NCBI GenBank assembly: GCA_016204335.1 | Contig: JACQKU010000014.1 | Span: forward strand, 4,988-68,987 | Origin: Candidatus Liptonbacteria bacterium | GTDB taxonomy: Bacteria; Patescibacteriota; Minisyncoccia; UBA6257; 2-01-FULL-56-20 | DNA length: 64,000 nt | Reading direction: 5' to 3' | Shown here: piece by piece, positions 1-10,295 of the stretch | Numbering within the stretch: the first letter of the stretch is position 1 | Layout: every line of letters begins with the position of its first letter | Notes under the pieces: model-generated | The model's database searches: none | Seen by the model: only the letters and a program-made list of their open reading frames with translations | Told to the model about the DNA's origin: nothing | Made by a program: the position numbers and the translations under genes

Positions 1-835
1 ATTCCGGTTCGAGCGCCTCGCCGAACGCGACCGCTTTCGCGGCGTTGATGTGGTCGTGCGGGCCGCCCTGCACGCCGGGGAACACCGCGCGGTCGATGTC
101 CTTCGCAAATTTTTCTTTGCACATTATAATCGCGCCGCGCGGCCCGCGGAGCGTTTTGTGCGTTGTGGTGGATACGACGTCGAAATACGGCACGGGACTT
201 TCGAGCTGTTTTCCGGCGATGAGTCCGGCGATATGCGCGATGTCCGCGAACGTAAACGCGCCGATTTTGTCGGCTATTTCCTTGAACCGCTTCCAGTCCA
301 TGCTCCTGCTGTATGCGGAAAAACCGGCGAGAATCATTTTCGGTTTTTCGCGGAGCGCGATTTCTTCCACTTCGTCCATATCGATTATTTCCGTGTCGCG
401 CCGGACCTGATAGGGGACTATCGTATAAAGTTTTCCGGAAAAGTTGAGCGGATGGCCGTGCGAAAGATGCCCGCCCTGGTCAAGAGAAAATCCAAGCACC
501 TTGTCTCCCGGTTGGAGAAGCGCCATGTACACCGCGAGATTCGCGGGACTGCCGGAAAGCGGCTGTACGTTCACGTGTTCCGCGCCGAACAATTTTTTTG
601 CCCGCTCTATCGCAACGGATTCCACTTCGTCGATGACCTCGTTTCCGCCGTAGTATCGTTTGCCCGGATAACCCTCGGAGTATTTATTGGTAAGCACGCT
701 TCCCATCGCTTCGAGCACGGCGGGAGAAACATAGTTTTCGGAAGCAATCAGCTCGAGGCCTTCCTTCTGCCTCTTTTCTTCTTTCTTGATGAGAGGATAA
801 ATTTCCGGGTCGTCCGTTTTGAGGCGGTTGTGCAT
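1..835 (-). CDS. glyA: serine hydroxymethyltransferase, N-terminal ~278 aa (3' end lies beyond window start)
   Basis: Reverse-strand translation reads [84 protein letters not shown], classic SHMT motifs. It is absent from the ORF track because there is no stop inside the window. The listed + ORF 50..880 is its antisense shadow. Confidence 0.85.
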   Translation of the reverse strand, partial: MHNRLKTDDPEIYPLIKKEEKRQKEGLELIASENYVSPAVLEAMGSVLTNKYSEGYPGKRYYGGNEVIDEVESVAIERAKKLFGAEHVNVQPLSGSPANLAVYMALLQPGDKVLGFSLDQGGHLSHGHPLNFSGKLYTIVPYQVRRDTEIIDMDEVEEIALREKPKMILAGFSAYSRSMDWKRFKEIADKIGAFTFADIAHIAGLIAGKQLESPVPYFDVVSTTTHKTLRGPRGAIIMCKEKFAKDIDRAVFPGVQGGPHDHINAAKAVAFGEALEPE

Positions 836-892
836 GTTCGTATTCGTATTGCCATAATAACATACGATATGATAAAGTGAAGTCCGAATTAT

Positions 893-966
893 GGTGCCTA
901 TAGCTTAGTGGTAAAGCTCCGCTCTGTGGCAGCGGCGATATGGGTTCGATCCCCATTAGGCACCCA
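893..966 (+). tRNA. tRNA-His (anticodon GTG)
   Basis: Cloverleaf GGTGCCTA..CCGCT-CTGTGGC-AGCGG..ATGGG-TTCGATC-CCCAT-TAGGCACC. The 8-bp acceptor stem with extra G-1 pairing C73 is the His identity feature. Anticodon loop is CTGTGGC. Confidence 0.8.
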
Positions 967-1719
967 CAATAACAATCAAGAGCCGCAAAAAACACCGAGG
1001 ATCTCGCGGGTCCTTGAAATTGACTTTTTCTGAGAGTTATGCTTTACTCATTGCAGTTCTTTAACAATAGATTTCTGCGGCAATAAAGAGAAAACAAATT
1101 TCTCAATATCCCAATAACGCAATATCCGTGTATCCGTTTTATTTTTTCTTTATTGTCGCAGAGGTGCGTGGTTTGGTTTAAACAGCCAGCCCCTTGACCG
1201 AAAGTCGAGGGTCGGAAAGGAGATTTACATGAGAGTTCTTCTGCTTCACGCAATTGTCCTCGGGGCAATCGCAGGGCTGTGGAAGTCCTGCGGCCTCGGC
1301 TGGAAGGATTTGGCGGAGCTGTTCGAGGCTCCGCCGCGGAGATACTAGCCGCACCAATCGGAGCCGCGTCGTCGTCGAACGGCGGCGCGGCTCCACAACG
1401 CGAAGCTCCCGCATGCCGTCCAGGCGTGTTCGGGAGCTTCATTCGTTTTATGGGGTTATGTTAATTTTGACAAATCATTTTTTGTGAAATAGAATCATTC
1501 ATACAGAAGGAATTTACCCCGTCCCCGATTTTGCGATTTTATGAAGAGGCGAAGCGCTTCGCCCATCAAGGGGTGTGCTATTCGCACTCGCGCTTCGCTT
1601 TCCCAAAACAAAGTTTTCTCAATTATGGGGCCTCGTTTACAATGGTGCGGCAAAATCGAGGAAGGGTTGTTTGTTTCTTTTGCTTTCAAATATTTAATGT
1701 AATAATGTAGAAACAAACA

Positions 1720-3552
1720 ATGTCCAACTTTTCCAAAAATCTTTTCTGGGCGGTCACGACGCTCATTGTAATTTCCGTTGTTTTTTCCGCCTTATTCAAT
1801 AAATCGGCGAAGCCGGAAGAATTGAGTTTGAACCAACTCGCCGACAAAATGAATGGCGGACAGGTGACCGAGGTAAAGATAAACGGCGAGGATTTGAGCA
1901 TTAAACTTTCCGGCGGCGCGGACGCGGTTTCCAAAAAAGAAGCCGAAGCGAGTTTGAGCGAAACGCTCAAAAATCTCGGCGTCACTTCCGAAGCGTTCCA
2001 AAAAGTGAAATTCACCGTTGAAAACCAGTCGGGATTCCAGTTCTGGGCGGGCATTTTGATTCCGACGATTCTTCCGCTTCTCGTTATCGGACTTATTTTC
2101 TGGTTTATGTTCCGGCAAGCGAAAGGCGGAGTCAATCAGGCGTTCAGCTTCGGGCGTTCCAATATCAAACTTTCCAACTTCGGCAAAGAAAAAGTGATGT
2201 TCAGCGATGTTGCCGGACTCAAAGAAGCAAAAGAGGAATTGGCGGAAGTCGTTGAATTTTTGAAAACTCCGAAAAAATTTCTGGACTTGGGAGCAAAGAT
2301 TCCCCGCGGCGTTTTGCTGATGGGGCCTCCTGGAACCGGAAAAACTTTAATCGCGCGCGCGGTTGCAGGCGAGAGCAATGTGCCGTTCTTTTACATTTCA
2401 GCTTCGGAGTTCGTTGAAATGTTCGTCGGTGTCGGCGCGAGCCGGACGCGCGACGCGTTCATGACCGCGAAAAAAGCCGCGCCGGCGATTCTCTTTATAG
2501 ACGAGATTGACGCGGTGGGCCGACAGCGCGGCGCTGGTCTCGGCGGCGGCAACGACGAACGCGAACAGACGCTCAATCAGATTCTTGTCGAACTCGACGG
2601 GTTTGACCGCGATACTCGCGTAATCGTGCTCGCGGCGACGAACCGGCCGGACATTTTGGACCCCGCGCTTCTCCGGCCGGGCAGGTTCGACAGGCGCGTG
2701 ATTCTCGATTTGCCGGACATCAACGACCGCGAAGAGATTTTGAAAATTCATTCGCGCGGAAAGATGATTGCCACCGGCATTGATTTGAGAAAAGTTGCCG
2801 TACGGACGCCCGGTTTTTCCGGCGCCGACCTCGCCAATTTAATGAACGAAGGCGCGATTCTTGCCGCGAGAGGGAATAAGAAAACCATCGGCCAGGAGGA
2901 CTTTTATGAAGCGGTTGAAAAAATTATTCTTGGTCCCGAACGGAGAAGCCGCGTGATTTCCAAAAGAGAAAAAGAAATAACCGCGTACCACGAAGGGGGA
3001 CACGCGCTCGTTGCGGCGTCGCTTAAGGGTTCCGACCCGGTCCACAAGATTTCAATCATCAGCCGCGGAATGGCGGGCGGCTACACGATGAAATTGCCGA
3101 TTGAAGAACAACGGCTCCGGACAAAAACGCAATTTTTGAACGACATCGCGATGATGATGGGCGGATACGCTTCGGAACAACTGATGTTCGGCGACGTGTC
3201 CACCGGAGCGTCCAACGACCTCAAAGAAGCGTCGGAGCTTACGAGGAAACTGGTGACAAGATACGGCATGAGCGAACTGGGGCCGGTGACTTTCGGCAAA
3301 ACCGAAGAAATGATATTTTTGGGAAGAGAAATCGGAACCGAAAAAAATTATTCGGAAAAAATGGCGGAAAAAATAGACGACGAGGTGAGGAAATTCACCG
3401 AGCGCTCGTATGCTATCGCCCGGAGAATTCTGCAAACCCACAAAAAAGCGCTCCAAAAAATCGCGGAAACCCTGATTGAAAAAGAAACCATCGAAGGAGA
3501 CGAGTTTTACAATTTGCTGAAGCCGTTTAAGATTAAAGCGATAGCGGTATAA
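1720..3552 (+). CDS. ftsH: ATP-dependent zinc metalloprotease FtsH
   Basis: N-terminal TM segment, AAA+ Walker [18 protein letters not shown], zinc motif HEGGHAL, 610 aa. Confidence 0.95.
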   Translation: MSNFSKNLFWAVTTLIVISVVFSALFNKSAKPEELSLNQLADKMNGGQVTEVKINGEDLSIKLSGGADAVSKKEAEASLSETLKNLGVTSEAFQKVKFTVENQSGFQFWAGILIPTILPLLVIGLIFWFMFRQAKGGVNQAFSFGRSNIKLSNFGKEKVMFSDVAGLKEAKEELAEVVEFLKTPKKFLDLGAKIPRGVLLMGPPGTGKTLIARAVAGESNVPFFYISASEFVEMFVGVGASRTRDAFMTAKKAAPAILFIDEIDAVGRQRGAGLGGGNDEREQTLNQILVELDGFDRDTRVIVLAATNRPDILDPALLRPGRFDRRVILDLPDINDREEILKIHSRGKMIATGIDLRKVAVRTPGFSGADLANLMNEGAILAARGNKKTIGQEDFYEAVEKIILGPERRSRVISKREKEITAYHEGGHALVAASLKGSDPVHKISIISRGMAGGYTMKLPIEEQRLRTKTQFLNDIAMMMGGYASEQLMFGDVSTGASNDLKEASELTRKLVTRYGMSELGPVTFGKTEEMIFLGREIGTEKNYSEKMAEKIDDEVRKFTERSYAIARRILQTHKKALQKIAETLIEKETIEGDEFYNLLKPFKIKAIAV

Positions 3553-3588
3553 CAGCTGATTAGCTTACTAGGAGTTAGCTGATTAGGC

Positions 3589-3664
3589 GGGCATGTAGCT
3601 CAACGGTTAGAGCACGAAGCTTATACCTTCGGGGTTCCTGGTTCGAATCCAGGCATGCCCACCA
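3589..3664 (+). tRNA. tRNA-Ile with UAU anticodon (AUA decoder), CCA encoded
   Basis: GGGCATG-TA-GCTC-AACGGTTA-GAGC-A-CGAAG-CTTATAC-CTTCG-GGGTT-CCTGG-TTCGAAT-CCAGG-CATGCCC-ACCA. The 7-nt anticodon loop gives T34 A35 T36. Confidence 0.7.
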
Positions 3665-3682
3665 AAATCTGACTTTCATTTT

Positions 3683-4135
3683 ATGAATATAGAAATAAAA
3701 CAAACAACCGAATCCTCAAAAGCATACGAAATAGCAAAATCTTTGCCGGAATATTTTGATGAAAGCGGATTAAAATCAATTGAGCAAGATACAAAAAATA
3801 ATATGCTTTTTGGGGCATATCGTGATAATGAAATGATAGGTTTTGTTGCATATAAAGAAATTAACAATGAAGCAATAGAAATGTCGTGGCTTGGAGTACT
3901 GCCACAGTATCAAGGAAAAAATTATGGCAAAATCTTGGTTGAAAAAAGTTTGGCTGAACTTTCGCAAAAATATAAAGTGTGCGAAGTTAAAACACTTTCT
4001 AATTCTGATGACTATGAACCGTATAAAAAAACTAGGGCATTTTATAAAAGCTTGGGTTTTATCCCGATAGAAACAATTTCGCCATATCCGGGTTGGGGCA
4101 ATAATCCTTGTCAGATTTTTGTGATGTTTTTATGA
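3683..4135 (+). CDS. GNAT family N-acetyltransferase (AT-rich, likely acquired)
   Basis: Acetyl-CoA binding motif LPQYQGKNYGKILV; 150 aa; GC much lower than flanks. Confidence 0.65.
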   Translation: MNIEIKQTTESSKAYEIAKSLPEYFDESGLKSIEQDTKNNMLFGAYRDNEMIGFVAYKEINNEAIEMSWLGVLPQYQGKNYGKILVEKSLAELSQKYKVCEVKTLSNSDDYEPYKKTRAFYKSLGFIPIETISPYPGWGNNPCQIFVMFL

Positions 4136-4141
4136 ATAAAG

Positions 4142-4591
4142 ATGCAAGTAACAGAATTCCGTTCAAAAGTTAAACCGGATATAACATTGTCAATTGACGG
4201 CAAAAATTTTACCGTCAAAGAAGTAGTCAAGTTCAGATTTGACGACAAAACGTTTTACACAAAATGTTTTTTGAATGACGGCTATGTTTTTGCGGATGAT
4301 TTGGCGGAGAACATATTTGTCTTGGTCAAAGAAACACAAACTCCGTTTCGGGAGCCGTTTTCACAAGTGCTTGATTTTGGCGGAAAGAAATTTAAATTTC
4401 TTTATGCCGCTCACGCAACGGCGGAAGAAATTCAAGGAGAAGCGATTTTTAAAAAAGGGGATTCCGAAACATTTCGGGATTACAAAGCGGAAGACGGTAG
4501 TTATTTAAGTTTGGGAGTAAACGATAAGACCGGCGAGAGAATGGATTTCTACGGCAGGATTGTCAGAAATGACAGTGTTTGGATTGGATAG
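4142..4591 (+). CDS. hypothetical protein (possibly DUF4178-like), AT-rich, 7 bp after the GNAT gene
   Basis: 149-aa ORF with good coding look, no recognisable motif. Confidence 0.45.
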   Translation: MQVTEFRSKVKPDITLSIDGKNFTVKEVVKFRFDDKTFYTKCFLNDGYVFADDLAENIFVLVKETQTPFREPFSQVLDFGGKKFKFLYAAHATAEEIQGEAIFKKGDSETFRDYKAEDGSYLSLGVNDKTGERMDFYGRIVRNDSVWIG

Positions 4592-5021
4592 ATAATCTAT
4601 ATTAATGAAAGGATGTAATTAAAAGATATTTCCGAGCGGAAGTTCCTTTTTTGATTTCTGTTTTTCCATATATGGATAACCTGTTGATATCTTGATAGCC
4701 GAAGCGGAATTTATATAAGTAAATCAACACTTTTCTCCTTTGGAGAAAAGGTTTTTTATTTTTTGACTCATTCACGGAGTGGCGTATTATTGAGTGGAAG
4801 TGGGGAATTGTGGATGAATCTGGGGATAAAGCCCCTTTTCTGTGCATAACCCCATTCGCAACTTTATTTTTGAGAGCCGGCGTAAAATTTCTCCAGCGGA
4901 AATTTTCGCCTGCATCTCGCGCCGATGAGTCGCCAAGGGCGACACCAAGCTCATCGGCGCTCCGATAGCCTCTCAAAAATAAAATTGCTCATTCACTGGT
5001 TTTTGCAAGGCATGGTTAATT

Positions 5022-5107
5022 AGTAAATGGGTTATTTGGCTAACAAGAGAATTCAAAATCAATTAATTTCGTGATTCTGACTTAATTACCAAATTACCCA
5101 TTTACCA
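5022..5107 (+). promoter_or_regulatory. putative MraZ operator/promoter: inverted repeat AGTAAATGGGTTATTTGG / CCAAATTACCCATTTACC plus tandem ATTTGGTAA motifs immediately upstream of mraZ
   Basis: Two 18-nt arms are near-perfect reverse complements and end 8 nt before the mraZ ATG. MraZ family proteins autoregulate by binding repeats upstream of their own gene. Confidence 0.4.
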
Positions 5108-5114
5108 AATAACT

Positions 5115-5546
5115 ATGTTCATCGGCGAATACACGCACAATCTGGATTCCAAAGGTCGGCTGGCGGTTCCGGCGAAGTTCAGGGAAAAACTTTCGTCGGG
5201 CGCCATAATCACGCGTGGACTTGATAACTGTCTTTTCGTGTTCGGCGGCAAAGAATGGGACGCGCTTGCGCAGAAACTCATCGCGCTTCCGTTGAGCCAG
5301 GCGAATTCGCGGGCATTCGTCCGTTTGATGCTTGCCGGCGCAATGGATGTGGAGATAGACGGCCAGGGCAGAATTTTAATTCCCGATTATTTGAGAAAAT
5401 ATGCTTCGCTGAACAAAGAAACCGTAATTGCCGGACTCTACAACCGGATGGAAATTTGGGACAGGAACAACTGGGAGCGCTACAAGCAAAAAACCGAAAG
5501 CGCTTCGGAAGAAATCGTGGAGAAGCTCGGAGAACTCGGTATTTGA
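5115..5546 (+). CDS. mraZ: transcriptional regulator MraZ
   Basis: MFIGEYTHNLDSKGRLAVPAKFR..; two MraZ repeats; 143 aa; first gene of the dcw cluster. Confidence 0.9.
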   Translation: MFIGEYTHNLDSKGRLAVPAKFREKLSSGAIITRGLDNCLFVFGGKEWDALAQKLIALPLSQANSRAFVRLMLAGAMDVEIDGQGRILIPDYLRKYASLNKETVIAGLYNRMEIWDRNNWERYKQKTESASEEIVEKLGELGI

Positions 5547-5639
5547 AATTAAGTAATTAAGTAATTGAGTAATTAGGTTATTAAGCCAAATTTTTTTTCG
5601 AATATCTTATAACTCAATATCCCAATATCTTAATTTCCT

Positions 5640-6593
5640 ATGACTCATATTCCTGTTCTTTTACGCGAAGTCATAAAATTTTTGGAGCCCCGCCCGGGAG
5701 AATTCTTCATAGACGGAACGATTGACGGAGGGGGACACGGCGCAGAAATTTTTGAAAAGGTCGGCCCAGACGGAATGTTGCTAGGCATAGATTGGGACGA
5801 ACGAATGATTGAGATGGCAAAAGGAAAAATTTCTGCGAAATCAAATTTGAAATCTCCCCGCCTGCGCCGAGCCCGCCTGCCGGACGGGCAGGGCTTCGGC
5901 GGGCAGGAAAAATCAAAATTGATTTTGATTCACGGGAATTACGCCGACCTGCCTGAAATCTTGAAGAACGAAAAGTTGCCGAAAGCCGATGGACTCCTGC
6001 TTGACCTTGGATTTTCCTCGGAACAGTTGGAAACATCCGGCAGAGGATTCAGTTTCACGAAAAACGAACCGCTTCTGATGACCTACGATTCATCGCGTGA
6101 GCCGGTTAAAGAAATTATCCGGGACATTAGCGAAGAAATGCTTGCGAAAATAATTTTTGAATTTGGCGGCGAGCGGTTTTCAAGGCGAATCGCAAAGGCA
6201 ATCAAGGAAAGGGGGATGAGAAAACGAATCGAGACAACCGGCGAATTGAGCGAAGCAATACGAAGCGCGGTTCCGGGAAATTACGAACGCGGCCGAATCG
6301 AACCCGCAACGCGAACGTTTCAGGCATTGCGGATTTACGCGAACGACGAATTGGGAAATCTTGGAAGAGTTTTGAAAAAATTGCCCGAGATACTGAAGCA
6401 AGGAGGCCGGGCGGCAATCATAACTTTCCATTCGCTGGAAGACAGAATAGTGAAAAACGGTTTTCGGGAAATGGAGAAGCAAAACATATTGAATATACTC
6501 GCCAAAAAGCCGATAACGCCGTCCGCGGACGAGATAAGAGAAAATCCGCGAAGCCGGTCGGCAAAATTGAGAGCAGCAAAATTAGCTTATTAG
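5640..6593 (+). CDS. rsmH: 16S rRNA (cytosine1402-N4)-methyltransferase RsmH, with an in-frame GC-rich insertion
   Basis: MTHIPVLLREV..FIDGTIDGGGH SAM motif; the segment ~5850-5930 (KSPRLRRARLPDGQGFGGQ) is encoded by nested GC hairpins absent from typical RsmH. Confidence 0.9.
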   Translation: MTHIPVLLREVIKFLEPRPGEFFIDGTIDGGGHGAEIFEKVGPDGMLLGIDWDERMIEMAKGKISAKSNLKSPRLRRARLPDGQGFGGQEKSKLILIHGNYADLPEILKNEKLPKADGLLLDLGFSSEQLETSGRGFSFTKNEPLLMTYDSSREPVKEIIRDISEEMLAKIIFEFGGERFSRRIAKAIKERGMRKRIETTGELSEAIRSAVPGNYERGRIEPATRTFQALRIYANDELGNLGRVLKKLPEILKQGGRAAIITFHSLEDRIVKNGFREMEKQNILNILAKKPITPSADEIRENPRSRSAKLRAAKLAY

Positions 6594-6674
6594 GAAATAG
6601 CTTATTAGCTTTTAGGGATTCAAAAGATAACATGCTAGTAAGCTAATCAGCTAAAAAGCTAATCATCTAAATCT

Positions 6675-6992
6675 ATGACTTTAATACAGCCAAGCCAAAA
6701 AAGTTTTACACACTTGATACTCGTTTTTTTCATTGTTATTCTTGTATCCGGAGCGTTCTCTTTGATTTTTTTGTACAACCGCTCTGTCAATATGGAACAT
6801 TCCATTTCGGCGGCGCAGGTGGAACTTCGGAAAATTCAGACGGCGCGCGCGGAGATTCAGGATAAAATTTTCGGACTATCAAGCGACGCGAATCTCCAAA
6901 AACTTTCCAAAGAACGGAATCTCGTCAAAGATAAAAACCCCCGTTATTTGGAAGTGTCCCAATCCGCAGTCGCGGGACTGGCGATTCGCTGA
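6675..6992 (+). CDS. ftsL: cell division protein FtsL-like (single TM, coiled coil)
   Basis: Position between rsmH and ftsI, N-terminal TM helix, 105 aa. Confidence 0.5.
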   Translation: MTLIQPSQKSFTHLILVFFIVILVSGAFSLIFLYNRSVNMEHSISAAQVELRKIQTARAEIQDKIFGLSSDANLQKLSKERNLVKDKNPRYLEVSQSAVAGLAIR

Positions 6993-7030
6993 CTTTTCCG
7001 TAATCATCAACTCTCGTTTAAAAGCAAGAA

Positions 7031-8671
7031 ATGAACTGGCGATATCCTTTTTTGATTGTCGCGACAACGGGAATGTATCTATTTCTGTTTTTGCATCTGT
7101 ATCAGATTCAATTGGTGGACGGAGGTTATTATCTTGAACGAGCCGAAACGCAGTATTTTGCGTCCGGAATTCTCAAAGCAAAAAGGGGAACGATTTACTT
7201 TCTGGATAAAAACGACAATCGTCTCGCAGTCGCGGTAAATAAAAATTTTCCGGTTATTTACGCCGTGCCGAGCGACATCGAAGATGTTCCGGGAACCGTC
7301 CGGCGTTTGGCGGAGCTTTTTCCGCAAGCGATGCCTGCTCTCGAGAAGGGACTTTCCCGCGAGGAAAGCAGTTATTATCTTCTGCAAAGAAAAGCCGATT
7401 CCGATATGGCGGCGAAAATCGCGAATGAAAAAATAAAAGGCGTATACGTTAATTCCGTTCCGGAGAGATTTTATCAGTTTGGAACGCTCGCCGCGCATCT
7501 TTTGGGTTTTGTGGGAGCGGACAGCGCCGGCGCCGGCGAGAGCGGCCGCTACGGACTCGAAAAATTTTATGATAATACGCTCAGCGGCGTTTCCGGAAAA
7601 ACCGAGAACGGAAAAATAATACAGCCGCGCGACGGAGAGGATTTGGTTCTGACCGTAGATATGAATATTCAAAGAGAGGCGGAACGTATTTTGGGCGCAT
7701 TGGTGAAGGACTATAATGCGAAGGGAGGCACGGTCATCGTCGAAGAGCCGGCGACCGGAAAAATTCTCGCGATGGGCGGCTATCCCAATTTCAATCCCAA
7801 TAATTACAGCCAGGGGAATATCGGCGATTTTTTAAATCCGATGATTCAAAAAATTTACGAACCCGGCTCGGTGTTCAAAGTTATCACGATGGCGGCGGGC
7901 ATTGATTTGGGAAAGATAACGCCGGATACGACCTATATCGACGCCGGCGCGCTGACGATAAACGGGAGAAAAATTTCGAATTACGATTTCCAAACGCGCG
8001 GCGCGTACGGCAAAGCCACAATGACGAATGTAATCGAACATTCCATCAATACCGGCGCGGTCTTTGCGGAAGGGAAAATCGGAAACGAACCGTTCAGAGA
8101 TTATCTTTTGAAATTCGGCTTCCGGCAAAAAACCGGCATTGATTTGCCCGGAGAGGTGAGCGGCGACCTTAAACCGTTGTTCAGCCGCGGAGCGCCGCAG
8201 GTTAATTTCGCCACAGCGTCGTTTGGCCAGGGAGTCGCCGTCACTCCAATTGAACTCATTAGCGCGATTGCCGCGATTGCGAACGGCGGGAAAATGATGC
8301 GACCGTACGTTAACAGCGCGTCTGCGCCGCAAGAAGTCGCGGCGGTCATCAATCCTTCGACAGCCCGGCTTGTGATAGAGATGATGGTTTCCGCCGTTGA
8401 CAAAGCGAATGTCGCGGCGATAAAAGGGTATTCGATAGCCGGTAAAACAGGAACCGCCTATGTGCCAAATTTCAAACACGGCGGTTATACCGACAATGTA
8501 ATCAACACGTATGTCGGATTCGGGCCTGCTGACAATCCTCGTTTCATCGCGCTCATAAAATTGGACGAGCCGGAGAACGCGCCGCTTGCGGGAGTGACGG
8601 TTGTGCCGGCATTCCGCGATTTGGCGCAGTTTATTTTCAATTATTATAATGTTCCGCCGGACAGGTTATGA
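7031..8671 (+). CDS. ftsI: peptidoglycan D,D-transpeptidase (PBP2/FtsI class)
   Basis: N-terminal TM, SxxK (GSVFK), SxN (HSINTG), KTG (KTGTA) motifs. Confidence 0.85.
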   Translation: MNWRYPFLIVATTGMYLFLFLHLYQIQLVDGGYYLERAETQYFASGILKAKRGTIYFLDKNDNRLAVAVNKNFPVIYAVPSDIEDVPGTVRRLAELFPQAMPALEKGLSREESSYYLLQRKADSDMAAKIANEKIKGVYVNSVPERFYQFGTLAAHLLGFVGADSAGAGESGRYGLEKFYDNTLSGVSGKTENGKIIQPRDGEDLVLTVDMNIQREAERILGALVKDYNAKGGTVIVEEPATGKILAMGGYPNFNPNNYSQGNIGDFLNPMIQKIYEPGSVFKVITMAAGIDLGKITPDTTYIDAGALTINGRKISNYDFQTRGAYGKATMTNVIEHSINTGAVFAEGKIGNEPFRDYLLKFGFRQKTGIDLPGEVSGDLKPLFSRGAPQVNFATASFGQGVAVTPIELISAIAAIANGGKMMRPYVNSASAPQEVAAVINPSTARLVIEMMVSAVDKANVAAIKGYSIAGKTGTAYVPNFKHGGYTDNVINTYVGFGPADNPRFIALIKLDEPENAPLAGVTVVPAFRDLAQFIFNYYNVPPDRL

Positions 8672-8805
8672 TAAATAAAAGAAAATAGTTTATGGAAAAT
8701 AGAAATTGGTAATGGAAATAAGAAAATGGAAAATAGTACATATCAAATTTCCAATTTCCAGTTTCTATTACTAATTTCCAATTTCCAGCAACCAATTTCT
8801 AAATT

Positions 8806-10089
8806 ATGAGAACCTTTCTAATCAGTCTCCTCCGGTGGGTTTTAAAAAAAGTTGCACAACTCACTGTGCTACGCTACCGGCCCGGAATAGTCGGCATAAC
8901 CGGAAGCGTGGGCAAGACCTCGACCAAGCTTGCCATTGCGGCTGTTCTGGGACCGAGCCGCCACATAAGATTTTCCAAAAGCAATCTCAACAGCGACCTT
9001 GGATTGCCGATTACGGTTATCGGCGATTTTCGGGAAGAAGAATTGAAACTTGTCAGCCGGGACCAGCCGGCGCATGAAAAAAGGATTCGGAAAGCTTTTT
9101 TTTGGCTCAAGGTCATTTTTGTCGGTTTGTTCCGCCTCATCGTAAAAAAACAGGGCTACCCGGACATTTTGATTCTCGAGTACGGCGCGGACAGGCCCGA
9201 CGACCTGAAAAATCTTCTTGAAATCGCGCGGCCGAATATCAGTGTAATTACGGCTGTCGGCGACGTACCGGTTCATACGGAATTTTTCGGCGGGCCGCAG
9301 GAAGTGGCTCGGGAGAAAGCGCGGCTCATAGAATATCTGCCGTCATCGGGCTTCGCTGTTTTAAATTATGACGACGAAACGGTAATGGCTTTGAAAGAAC
9401 GAACCCGCGGCCATATTGTGACGTTCGGTTTCGGAAAAGGCGCGGAAGTCAGAACAATGAATTTTGAAAACAGAATTGAAAACAATCATCCGGGGGGAAT
9501 TTTTTTCAAATTGGAATACGGAGGCAGTTCGGTGCCGGTGCGGATAGACGGGGTGTTCGGCAAGGTGCAGGGATACGCCGCCGGAGCCGCCGCCGCCGTC
9601 GGTTTGATTTTCGGGCTGAATCTCATTAAGATTGCCGAGGCGTTGAAAGAGTACCGGCCGGCTTCTGGAAGGATGGAACTTTTACAAGGCATCAAGTCCT
9701 GTCTTATAATCGACAGCTCGTATAACGCAAGTCCGCTTTCGATGCATGCGGCGCTTGACCTCTTGAACGATTTGCCGGGAAAAAGAAAAATCGCCGTGCT
9801 CGGCGATATGCTCGAGATCGGAAAATATACGCTCGAGGCGCACGAGCGAGTCGGCAAGCTCGCGGCAGAGTTCGTTGACGCGCTCGTTACGGTGGGCCCT
9901 GCCGCAAAACTCATTGCCGAAGCCGCGAGAAAAAACGGTATCCCAAAAAGGAACATCCACAGTTTTGACACTGTCGATAACGCCGTCGAGCCGGTAGAGA
10001 ATTTAATCAAAAAAGGGGACTTGATTCTTGTGAAGGGCTCGCGCGCGATGGAACTTGAAAAGATTGTGGAGGGAATAAAAGCAGTATAA
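8806..10089 (+). CDS. murF: UDP-N-acetylmuramoyl-tripeptide--D-alanyl-D-alanine ligase
   Basis: Mur ligase P-loop IVGITGSVGKTSTK, DSSYNASP motif, 427 aa, dcw synteny. Confidence 0.85.
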   Translation: MRTFLISLLRWVLKKVAQLTVLRYRPGIVGITGSVGKTSTKLAIAAVLGPSRHIRFSKSNLNSDLGLPITVIGDFREEELKLVSRDQPAHEKRIRKAFFWLKVIFVGLFRLIVKKQGYPDILILEYGADRPDDLKNLLEIARPNISVITAVGDVPVHTEFFGGPQEVAREKARLIEYLPSSGFAVLNYDDETVMALKERTRGHIVTFGFGKGAEVRTMNFENRIENNHPGGIFFKLEYGGSSVPVRIDGVFGKVQGYAAGAAAAVGLIFGLNLIKIAEALKEYRPASGRMELLQGIKSCLIIDSSYNASPLSMHAALDLLNDLPGKRKIAVLGDMLEIGKYTLEAHERVGKLAAEFVDALVTVGPAAKLIAEAARKNGIPKRNIHSFDTVDNAVEPVENLIKKGDLILVKGSRAMELEKIVEGIKAV

Positions 10090-10148
10090 ATCGGTAATTA
10101 AGTAATTAGGTAATTGAGAAATTGACGGGATGGCCCCATCGTCTACCC

Positions 10149-10278
10149 CCACACCTATTTTTGGATAATATGCTCTTATCGTCTAGTCTGGTCTAGGACA
10201 TCACGTTCTCAACGTGAAGACCCGGGTTCAAATCCCGGTGAGAGTACAAATTAAAATGGCAATCCAAAATAGGTGTGG
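10149..10278 (+). repeat. 17-18 bp inverted repeat CCACACCTATTTT(T)GGAT / ATCCAAAATAGGTGTGG enclosing tRNA-Glu
   Basis: Arms at ~10149-10166 and ~10262-10278 are exact reverse complements apart from one extra T. Confidence 0.6.
10172..10246 (+). tRNA. tRNA-Glu (anticodon CTC)
   Basis: GCTCTTA-TC-GTCT-AGTCTGGTC-TAGGAC-A-TCACG-TTCTCAA-CGTGA-AGAC-CCGGG-TTCAAAT-CCCGG-TGAGAGT-A; acceptor stem has two G-U pairs; no CCA. Confidence 0.6.
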
Positions 10279-10295
10279 AGGTCTCGTGGCTAGGA

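Noticed and set aside
50-880. 276-aa + strand ORF (and 45..410, 444..653)
   Set aside because: Antisense shadow of glyA; the minus-strand translation has unmistakable SHMT motifs while the + strand product is Arg/His-rich nonsense.
1044-1487. Overlapping ORFs in four frames (132, 78, 77, 61 aa)
   Set aside because: Mutually overlapping, GC-biased, Arg/Pro/Ser-rich products typical of translated structured RNA or spacer; treated as candidate ncRNA region instead.
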